This document shows, piece by piece, positions 38,178-46,198 of a stretch of DNA of 64,000 bases. The DNA lies in contig CAUZHA010000009.1 in the NCBI GenBank assembly GCA_963579555.1, positions 2,432 through 66,431 of the forward strand, given 5' to 3'. A program made the position numbers and the translations under genes. Under the pieces are notes generated by a model. It was not told where the DNA came from, searched no databases, and worked only from the letters and a program-made list of their open reading frames with translations. Origin of the DNA: Planctomycetes bacterium UBA1146 (GTDB lineage Bacteria; Planctomycetota; UBA8108). The stretch's first letter is position 1, and the number at the start of each line of letters is the position of its first letter.

Positions 38178-41100
38178 TCAGGCTGAGTGGCTGGTGGCCA
38201 TAGCCTCCATCTCGTCTGGATCGTAAGACTCCAGCGAAACAGCGACTCTCTTCGACACCCCGCGCTCCTGCATGGTGATTCCGTAGAGGGTGTCGGCCTG
38301 GCCCATCGTCACCTTATTGTGGGTGATGATGATGAACTGGGTATTTTCCAGGAAGTCATCCAGCAGAACCGTGAATCGTCTCACATTGGCGTCATCCAGG
38401 GGCGCATCCACCTCGTCCAGGATACAGAATGGACTGGGCTTCGACTTGAAGATGGCCAGCAGCAGGGCGATGGTGGTCATCGTCTTCTCACCGCCTGACA
38501 TCAGCGCGAGAGTACGAAGCTTCTTGCCGGGAGGCCGGGCAACAATGTCGATCCCCGCCTCCAGTATGTCCACCCCCTCCTCGAGGACCAGCTCGGCGCG
38601 GCCGCCGCCGAAGCACTTTCGAAAGAGGTCCTTGAAGTTCAACTGGACGGAGTCAAAGGTCTCCTGGAAGAGTTGTCTGCACTTCGTGTTGAGCTCGGCT
38701 ATGACGGCCTGCAATTTTTCAGAGGCATCCTGGAGATCAGTCTTCTGATCCATCTGGAACTTGTAGCGTTCCTCGAGCTCCTGGAGCTCATCGAGCGCCT
38801 CGAGGTTCACGTTTCCGAGCCGCCTCATCTTCCCCTGCAGATCCTTCAGCTCTTCTGCAGCCGCGGCGCCATCCCAATCCGGCAGGGGCTTGAGAAATCG
38901 TTCCTCATCGCTCAGCTCCTCAGGCCCATCGATCGACTGGCTGTCTTCCTCCCGGACCCCGGACTCATCTGCCTGCCCGGCTCCCGCTTCACGGTCAGCG
39001 GGAACCTCAGAGCTCTCCGCGCAACCCTGGACGACAGGTTCCCCGGCAACCTCAGGCCCTGGCTCACAGGCCTCCTCGATCGCTTCCCAGTCAGGCGCAT
39101 TCGCAACCAGGGCCTTCAGATCGAGGCCGTACTCCTCCTCGATTCTATCGAGCGCCGTCTCCCGGCGATGACGCTCCTCCTGGTCTTTCAGGTTGATGGA
39201 TTGCTTTCTCTCGGTGTGTTCACTGATCCTGGCCCGGACACCCTCGCATTGCCGGCGGATCGCATCTTCCTCCTGCGAGAGAGCCTGCTCCCTCTCGTCA
39301 AACTTATTGAGCTCATCGACCAGACCGGTCTCTCTCTCGCCCAGCTCCAGCAGCCTCGCGCGCGAATCGACCTGATCATTGCGGGTCTGGGAGATTCGTT
39401 CCTCGCTCAGGCGACTGGCCTCGCGCAGATCAGCGCACCTGGATTTCTGGTCGTCCAGGTTCCTGACATGCTTATCGAAGAACTCCCTTAGATTCCTGTC
39501 TTCATTTTCCACCTTGCCCAGGGCGACCCTCGCCTCCGAAGCATCATCTTTCGCCCCATCCGCCCTGGCAGACAGGGTCTCGAGCTCCAGCTCGATTCGC
39601 TCGATCGAATCCTCCGCTTCCGCGCACTCTGAATCCAGGCGGGCGATCTCTCCGGAATAATCCGCTTCTACAGAGCTCTTGCGGGCTCTCTCCACCTTGA
39701 CCTCTTCCAACTCACGCCGACTGACCTCGAGCTCGCCCTCGAGCTTCTCAATCTCCCGCGCAGCCTGGGCAACCTCTCCCTCGCAAACCAGGACCCGCCT
39801 CCTCACCTCATCAGCCGAACGATCCTTGTTCTTCAACGCCAGCTTGAGCTGCCCCAGTTTCCGGCGGTGGCCCTCAATACTCCGGCTCAAGTCATCGCAC
39901 TCTTCCTCTCGAGTCCTGATCGACCCGCTCAGGCTGTCAAGCTCTGCCGCATCGACAGCCCCGCCGGAGCGGGCTCCGGGAACCGAGAGTCCTCCCCAAG
40001 GCTCGAGCAGTTCCCCGCTGGAGGTCACGAGCCGGTACGCTCCAGCCCCGTTCCTGACGAGAGAGAAGGCTGTCTCGATGTTCTTCACCAGGACGACATC
40101 CCCAAGAAGGAGATCGGCGATCCTCTCGAAGCCTGGCTGGACCTCGACAAGCTCGCGAAGAATCCCAATCACGCCCTCAACCTTCGGCAGCACGCCGAGG
40201 TCGGGCGACTCGACCCGATCGAGCGAGATGATGCCGGCCGATTCGCCATCTTCGCGCCGCACGCGGCCAAGCAACTCGAGAGCCCCCTCCTGTCCCTCCA
40301 CGACAACTGCATGGCGCAGCTCTCCCAGGGCCGCATCCAGCGCCATGGCACAGGACTCATCAGCGCTGATGACCGAACCTACTCTCCCATGAACCTGGGC
40401 GGCGGAGCCCAGCTCTCCCGAGCGGCGGGAGAAGACAGCGGAGCTGTCCTGCAGAGAATTCAAGGCCTCAAACCTCGATGTGTCTCGATTCAATTCCTGG
40501 CGGAGCTCCCGAAGTTTCGCCTCCTGCTCCTCGATGCGCACCTCGAAGACCCCCATGGCGTGAGCGATCCTCTCGCGTCCGGACTCCACCTGATCGAGCG
40601 CCGCGTTGCTCTCCACTGTTTCCTTATTGAGACCGCCACCGCCTGTCGCGCAGCGTCCAAGAGCCTCCTCCTGCCGGATGATCAGCTCCTCGTAATGGGC
40701 CTCCCTCTTCTCGATCGCATTCAGGTCAGCCGCCGTCTGCACCAACAGGTTGTAGGTCGCCGCCCTCTCCTGGAGGCCCTCAACCAGGCCCTCCTTGCGT
40801 GCGTCAAGTACTCCCCTGGACTCTGCCAGCAGCTCGCGGCGAAGCTTCAGCTCATCTTTCGTGTTCGTCAGCAGAGCCCGGCATCTCTCGATCTCCGAGT
40901 CGACCCGGCCAAGCTTCTGGCGTTCTTCTTCCACCTGCCTCTCCGTCCGCCGCAAGCTGACGATGGTCTGTTCGAGATCCCGCTTCCTGTTTTTCTCTTC
41001 TTCAACAAGCTCTACATAGCGCTTATCAGCCTGGTTGATCTTCTCCATCGTCCGCTCACGGGCGATGCGTTCACCCTCCACCTCATCCCGCGCCGCCTGG

Positions 41101-41948
41101 AGCTTCCCGCGAAGCTTCTCACGCTCCCCCCGCTTCAGCTCAATCGAGGCGGCCAGGCGTTCGAGCTCTTGCTCTAATTCGCTGATCTGGGCAAGCACCG
41201 CGTCAAGGCTGGTGGTCAGCTTAGAGCCCTCATCCAGTGAGCCAAGGTACGCCTCCAGGGCGATCCGCACTCGCAGGTCCTTGATGCGCTCGGCATAGGC
41301 CCGATACCTTCTCGCTTTGCTGGCCTGGGCCTTTACGCGTAGAACCCTCTTGCCGACCTCATCGATGAGGTCCTGGAGCCGGTCAAGATTGTCCTCTGTC
41401 CGCAACAGGGCCCTGAGACTCTCAGCCTTCCTGAGCCTGTACTTCGAGATACCGGCCGCCTCTTCAAAGACCACGCGCCTGTCGGAATTGGTCGCCTGCA
41501 GGAGAACGTCGATTTTCCCCTGCTCGAGAATCGAGTAGGAGGTCGCTCCAAAGCCGGTATCCAGGAAGAGATTCTTGATGTCCTTGAGGCGACAGCGGTT
41601 CTTGTTGATGAGATATTCGCTCTCACCGCTTCGAAACAGCCTGCGGGTGATGGCAACCTCCGAGAAGTCGATGTCGAAATACCGATCTGTATTATCGAAA
41701 ACGACAGTGACCTCGGCATAGCCCAGCGGCTTGCGATTCTGGGTTCCACCGAAGATGACGTCCATCATCTCAGTCCCCCTCAGGCCCTTGGCAGACTGGC
41801 TGCCAAGAATCCACTTGAAGGCATCGACGACATTGGACTTTCCGCAGCCATTGGGGCCGACAATTCCAGTGATACCCGGTTTGAAATCGAGGCTCGTTCG
41901 GTCAGCGAACGATTTGAAGCCCACGAGTTCTATCTTCTTCAGATGCAC
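38178..41948 (-). CDS. smc: Chromosome partition protein SMC
   Basis: N-terminus MHLKKIELVGFKSFADRTSLDFKPGITGIVGPNGCGKSNVVDAFKWILG…. Long coiled coils, hinge, and C-terminal …LSGGEKTMTTIALLLAIFKSKPSPFCILDEVDAPLDDANV…. Confidence 0.9.
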   Translation of the reverse strand: MHLKKIELVGFKSFADRTSLDFKPGITGIVGPNGCGKSNVVDAFKWILGSQSAKGLRGTEMMDVIFGGTQNRKPLGYAEVTVVFDNTDRYFDIDFSEVAITRRLFRSGESEYLINKNRCRLKDIKNLFLDTGFGATSYSILEQGKIDVLLQATNSDRRVVFEEAAGISKYRLRKAESLRALLRTEDNLDRLQDLIDEVGKRVLRVKAQASKARRYRAYAERIKDLRVRIALEAYLGSLDEGSKLTTSLDAVLAQISELEQELERLAASIELKRGEREKLRGKLQAARDEVEGERIARERTMEKINQADKRYVELVEEEKNRKRDLEQTIVSLRRTERQVEEERQKLGRVDSEIERCRALLTNTKDELKLRRELLAESRGVLDARKEGLVEGLQERAATYNLLVQTAADLNAIEKREAHYEELIIRQEEALGRCATGGGGLNKETVESNAALDQVESGRERIAHAMGVFEVRIEEQEAKLRELRQELNRDTSRFEALNSLQDSSAVFSRRSGELGSAAQVHGRVGSVISADESCAMALDAALGELRHAVVVEGQEGALELLGRVRREDGESAGIISLDRVESPDLGVLPKVEGVIGILRELVEVQPGFERIADLLLGDVVLVKNIETAFSLVRNGAGAYRLVTSSGELLEPWGGLSVPGARSGGAVDAAELDSLSGSIRTREEECDDLSRSIEGHRRKLGQLKLALKNKDRSADEVRRRVLVCEGEVAQAAREIEKLEGELEVSRRELEEVKVERARKSSVEADYSGEIARLDSECAEAEDSIERIELELETLSARADGAKDDASEARVALGKVENEDRNLREFFDKHVRNLDDQKSRCADLREASRLSEERISQTRNDQVDSRARLLELGERETGLVDELNKFDEREQALSQEEDAIRRQCEGVRARISEHTERKQSINLKDQEERHRRETALDRIEEEYGLDLKALVANAPDWEAIEEACEPGPEVAGEPVVQGCAESSEVPADREAGAGQADESGVREEDSQSIDGPEELSDEERFLKPLPDWDGAAAAEELKDLQGKMRRLGNVNLEALDELQELEERYKFQMDQKTDLQDASEKLQAVIAELNTKCRQLFQETFDSVQLNFKDLFRKCFGGGRAELVLEEGVDILEAGIDIVARPPGKKLRTLALMSGGEKTMTTIALLLAIFKSKPSPFCILDEVDAPLDDANVRRFTVLLDDFLENTQFIIITHNKVTMGQADTLYGITMQERGVSKRVAVSLESYDPDEMEAMATSHSA

Positions 41949-42023
41949 CTTGGCCGTCTCTCTTCACTTCAAGTTCACGCCTGGCATGGTCCGCCTCGAA
42001 CCATCACCGCCAGCGGCGGATTT

Positions 42024-43991
42024 TCACTTCTTCAATTCCGTAATAGCCGAATCTTTCCTTGTCTCCAGCGGCGGCTGTTTTTTTCGGAAGGACAGCGTCA
42101 GCGCCTCAGAGAGAAACTCTGAGAATCTCCGCGGACCCAGCTCGCCCAGGTCCATTCCCTTCCCCACGACTCCTCCGCGGGGAACAACGCTCCTCAACAG
42201 GACGGCATCCAATTCGATGGTCTTCAGCGGATCCTCCTCACGAGTCCGCACTCCATCTGTATACAGGTGTCCCGCCTCTGCGAGGGCTGAGACATATTCC
42301 GGGTAGAGGCGCCCGTCCATCTCCTGCAACCGCAGGAGCTCACCCCGGTTGAGGCTCTCCTCGAGTACAAGCCTCAGGCCGAGTCGCCCCTGCTCAGCCT
42401 CCAGCTTGGCGGCGATCCTTGCGACCAGCTCGATGCCCTTGTCCAGGGCCGCTGCAGACTCGTGCAATTGAGAGCCTGCCAGGTAGCTGACGCATTCGTT
42501 CAGGCCCACCAGGCCGACAATGCCCACAGCCTCATTCTCCAATCCTCCGGAAAGCGCCCCCGGGGATTCTTCGACCCCGGAGTGAAGCTTCGAGAGGAAA
42601 CGGGTCTTCTCGAGAAGCCCCTTCACCGCAAGATCAACCAGCTCATCCAGCTCGCTCTCTATACTCGCGGCGGAGTCACGCGCCGATCGACAGGCTGCCC
42701 GGGGAAGATTGAGAGTCACCTTTCCCGCGACGATGCCGCCGCCGGGGAATTCTCCACAGCCAGGCGGCAACAGGCTGACCGTAGCCCCCGCCGAGACAAG
42801 CTCACACAACCTGCCGGCCAGGACAGATAGCTCTCCCCACTCGGCTGGCAGGAGCCTGATGACCAGCGCCGGCGTGGAGCCCTCCGCACGTACCGCTGCG
42901 ACCAGGGTTCCGAGAGCTTCCAGGCAGCCCGGGTCGGCGCAGTCCAGCTGGAAGACGGTTCCCTTGGAAAACATCCCCCGGCGCCACCCCGAGGATTCAG
43001 CGCGGCTGACCAGGATCTCCCTGGAGACCTGTTCCTGGAGCTCCGGCAAACGAGCACCGAGGTCCTCGTTCCAATCGGACAGAAGCCTGTAATGGCGAAG
43101 CGGGTTTCCCAGGCTATGAAGATAGAACCTGCCGTTTCGATGGGCACGGGCCACCTCCGGCGAATACATTTCCCCGAGCGAATACTGCAGGAGCAATTGC
43201 CGGGCAATGCCCTTCTCGATGGCTCGCGGGGCCTGCCCGGCCTCGGCCCGGATCAGCTGCTCGATATCGTAGCGCGGCAGGCTGAGAGGGGCCTGCTTCT
43301 TCAGCTTGGCATCATAGCCGCGCTCAAAGAGCTCGTTGTCGACCAGCTCCCTGATCAACGCTGTAGAGATGAGCAGGATCCCGGTCCGCAGCACCTTGGC
43401 CTCTACGCTCGCCGCGATCTCCTCAGCTACCGCGGGATCAAGATCGGCTTCCCGGATCAAGGCCGCCGTGATGCGGGACTTGCTCCAGCCGGAAACTCCA
43501 GCATCGGTCTTCTCAACCGAAGGCAATCCCCCGGCCTCACCCGCGCGACCGGGGCCGGCCTCCCGCTCCCTGCGCACCTCGAGCGTCTCACGAAGAAGCT
43601 CACGCTTCCTGCGATAGAGAATGTAGGACTTGGCCGCCTCGCCGCAATCCGGCCGCGCCATCAGAACCTTCTCCACTACATCCTGGATTTCTTCTATGTC
43701 GGGTACGCCATCACGCCGGGCACCCGCACTCTCGGCTGTGAGGAAGTGCTCCACGACCTCCGCCAGCTCCCGCGCATAGGCCCTGTCTCCCACTCCCACC
43801 GAGAGCTGCGCCCGGTGGATCGCATCGGAAACCTTATCAAGATCGAAAGGGACAACCCGGCTGTCGCGCTTTCGCACTTCGCGAATTTTTCTCATGACAT
43901 TGCGCAGGAGCCGCACCGGCCCTGCCGTATTCTCTGCGATGGTTCGTCTGTCTGTAGAGACCCGCAACAGTGTCACACAATTAGGGGGCAA
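42024..43991 (-). CDS. ATP-cone protein with class III ribonucleotide reductase (NrdD)-like core but no Zn-ribbon / glycyl-radical C-terminal domain
   Basis: From the probable start M33 (~43895) it begins MRKIREVRKRDSRVVPFDLDKVSDAIHRAQL…EEIQDVVEKVL…AKSYILYRRKRE (ATP-cone), followed by a second ATP-cone-like stretch. Later GRFYLHSLGN, PPGCGEF and KVTLNLPRAA resemble NrdD motifs as I recall them. The C-terminal ~60 aa contain no Cys and no RxCGY. Confidence 0.55.
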   Translation of the reverse strand: MPPNCVTLLRVSTDRRTIAENTAGPVRLLRNVMRKIREVRKRDSRVVPFDLDKVSDAIHRAQLSVGVGDRAYARELAEVVEHFLTAESAGARRDGVPDIEEIQDVVEKVLMARPDCGEAAKSYILYRRKRELLRETLEVRREREAGPGRAGEAGGLPSVEKTDAGVSGWSKSRITAALIREADLDPAVAEEIAASVEAKVLRTGILLISTALIRELVDNELFERGYDAKLKKQAPLSLPRYDIEQLIRAEAGQAPRAIEKGIARQLLLQYSLGEMYSPEVARAHRNGRFYLHSLGNPLRHYRLLSDWNEDLGARLPELQEQVSREILVSRAESSGWRRGMFSKGTVFQLDCADPGCLEALGTLVAAVRAEGSTPALVIRLLPAEWGELSVLAGRLCELVSAGATVSLLPPGCGEFPGGGIVAGKVTLNLPRAACRSARDSAASIESELDELVDLAVKGLLEKTRFLSKLHSGVEESPGALSGGLENEAVGIVGLVGLNECVSYLAGSQLHESAAALDKGIELVARIAAKLEAEQGRLGLRLVLEESLNRGELLRLQEMDGRLYPEYVSALAEAGHLYTDGVRTREEDPLKTIELDAVLLRSVVPRGGVVGKGMDLGELGPRRFSEFLSEALTLSFRKKQPPLETRKDSAITELKK

Positions 43992-44004
43992 TGCTCAATA
44001 CCAC

Positions 44005-44511
44005 TCAGCCAAGGACTTCATCTTTTTGTTCCGCCAGCGCAGGGGATACGCTGCCGGATTGCGAGCGCCGAAGAGGCTCTACCGTCTGGTGGAATTGTTC
44101 CACATCAGTAAACTCACGATAGACCGAGGCGAAGCGCACATAGGCCACCTGGTCGATATTTTTGAGAATTTCACTCACATGCTCTCCCACCGAACGAGTG
44201 CTGACCTCGTTGTCGTACTTCTCAAAGACCTCGGCCTCAACCCGGCTGGCTATCGCCTCGAGCTGTTCCTCCGATATAGGCCGCTTCTTGCAAGCGAAGC
44301 GAAGTCCCTGGAGAATTTTATCTCTGTTGAAATGCTCACGCCGCTGGTCCCGCTTGACCACGAGACGGGGAGCAGCCTCGATGCGCTCGTAGGTGGTAAA
44401 CCTCTTGTCGCAGGTGAGACATTTACGCCTTCTGCGAATAGAACGCCCTTCGCCTATTACACGCGAATCGACAACCCTGTCGTTGTCCTTCTTGCAAAAG
44501 GGACACTTCAT
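44005..44511 (-). CDS. nrdR: Transcriptional repressor NrdR
   Basis: MKCPFCKKDNDRVVDSRVIGEGRSIRRRRKCLTCDKRFTTYERIE… zinc ribbon, then ATP-cone (…LVVKRDQRREHFNRDKILQGL…). Confidence 0.9.
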   Translation of the reverse strand: MKCPFCKKDNDRVVDSRVIGEGRSIRRRRKCLTCDKRFTTYERIEAAPRLVVKRDQRREHFNRDKILQGLRFACKKRPISEEQLEAIASRVEAEVFEKYDNEVSTRSVGEHVSEILKNIDQVAYVRFASVYREFTDVEQFHQTVEPLRRSQSGSVSPALAEQKDEVLG

Positions 44512-44756
44512 AGACTACCTGCTCCTCTTGTAAAATCGGCGCAAACGCCCGATCTCCAAGGCCCAAAGACGGCCTCCTAGAAAGGTCGCTAAGATACGCT
44601 GACTAACCTGAGGCCGCCCCAGCAGTCGGAGTGCCTCATCACATTCTCTTCTTTTTTCTTCACTTCTGTCCCACTACCTCTGGGACGGGTACATTAAATA
44701 ACACACAACCATCAGTGGCGCAAAGGTTAATGTTATCGGAGCAGGGCTTTTTACCC

Positions 44757-46169
44757 CTACTTGCCGATGCAGAAGCTCGAAAAGACGTGATCGAGGACAT
44801 CATCGGGCGTCACCTCCCCGACCAGGTCCTCCAGGCTCCTCAACGCGTCGCGCAAATCAGCCGCCGCCAGCTCCAGCCCGGAGGCTGTGGCAAGAGCTTC
44901 TCCTGCCCTCTCAACCCCCTCCATGGCTAGCTGAAGAGCGGCCTCCTGGTGCGAGCTCACCAGGAATCTCGCGGGCTCCCCTCCCAACGCCCCAGGCTGC
45001 CCGTTGGCCCCGGCCAGGTCCCGCACGGCAGCGCGCAACCCCCTGAGGCCTGTCCCATCCAGCGCGCAGACCAGCAGCGCTCCCGGATAGCTCGAGGCGA
45101 GAAGATTTCCCGCCGCTTCATCCAGCAGGTCCACCTTGTTGAAGACCAGCAGCTTAACCTTCGCATCGAGCGTCTTGAAGGCATCGATGCTCCCTGCGGT
45201 ATCCCCGGAAGCATCGACCAGCCAGAGGACTCCATCCGCATGCTCCAGCTCCAGGCTGGTCAACCTCTCTACAGCCCCCCGTGTCTCGGGACTCATGTTC
45301 CTGTCAAGCCCCGCAGGCTCGCATCTCTCCTTGCCCGAGTCGCACCCGGCGAGGTCTACCCAGGTCACATCGACCCCGTCTTCGGAGCTCGTCCCACGCA
45401 CCGGATCACGGGTGGTTCCCGCAAGCTCGGAAACAAGCGCCTCCCCACGACCGAGGATGGAATTGAGAAGACTCGACTTCCCCGCGTTGGGATAGCCCGC
45501 CAGCACGCAATGAAAAGAGCCCGGGGCGGCCATTCGCAGTGAGGATGACCTCCGCAGCTCGTCGACCGCCTCGCCGACCTCTGCGATCTTCCGCGCCAGC
45601 CTCCCCCCTGAGATCTCGGGCAGATCCTCGTCCGCGAAATCTATACAGGCCTCCAGCAGGGCGAGGGTCTCGACCAGGTTGTCCGCGATGAGCCGTACAG
45701 TATCACCAAGCTCTCCAGAGAGACCGCGGCGCGCCGCCTTCAGCTCAGCCTCCTCGGAAGCGCTGATGACCTGGGCGACGGCCTCGGCCTGGGCGAGGTC
45801 GAGGCGGCCGCTGCGAAAGGCGCGCAGGGTGAACTCGCCAGGGCCGGCCCAGCGCACGCCGTCCTGGAGAACAAGGGCCCGGGCGACCATCCCCATCACA
45901 GGCAGGCTGGCCGGCAGGTGCAGTTCAACAACATCCTCACGCGTATAGGAACGCGGCGCCCTGTAGACGACCGCCCATGCATCAAAAGCTCCCCCATCGA
46001 CCTCGAGCCGCAGCTCGACTCCGCCGTAGCCCGGACAGTCCTCAATGGCCGCAGACGAGGAAGAGATCCTGCCGACGGCAGCAACCGCATCCGCGCCGCT
46101 GAGACGCAACACTCCGCGCGCGGCCTTCCCCCGCGGCGTAGCACAGGCAAGAATGGTGCCCTCCAGCAA
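44757..46169 (-). CDS. mnmE: tRNA modification GTPase MnmE
   Basis: N-terminal THF-binding domain (…ILACATPRGKAARGVLRLSG…). G domain (…VLAGYPNAGKSSLLNSILG…TTRD…DLAGC…). C-terminal …CIGK. Confidence 0.9.
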   Translation of the reverse strand: MLEGTILACATPRGKAARGVLRLSGADAVAAVGRISSSSAAIEDCPGYGGVELRLEVDGGAFDAWAVVYRAPRSYTREDVVELHLPASLPVMGMVARALVLQDGVRWAGPGEFTLRAFRSGRLDLAQAEAVAQVISASEEAELKAARRGLSGELGDTVRLIADNLVETLALLEACIDFADEDLPEISGGRLARKIAEVGEAVDELRRSSSLRMAAPGSFHCVLAGYPNAGKSSLLNSILGRGEALVSELAGTTRDPVRGTSSEDGVDVTWVDLAGCDSGKERCEPAGLDRNMSPETRGAVERLTSLELEHADGVLWLVDASGDTAGSIDAFKTLDAKVKLLVFNKVDLLDEAAGNLLASSYPGALLVCALDGTGLRGLRAAVRDLAGANGQPGALGGEPARFLVSSHQEAALQLAMEGVERAGEALATASGLELAAADLRDALRSLEDLVGEVTPDDVLDHVFSSFCIGK

Positions 46170-46198
46170 GATGCCTCCTTCAGTCGCGCCTCATGGCG

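Noticed and set aside
44512-44756. Search for an NrdR box (16-bp acaCwAtATaTwGtgt-type palindrome) upstream of nrdR
   Set aside because: No convincing palindrome was found by eye. Absence by eye is not conclusive.
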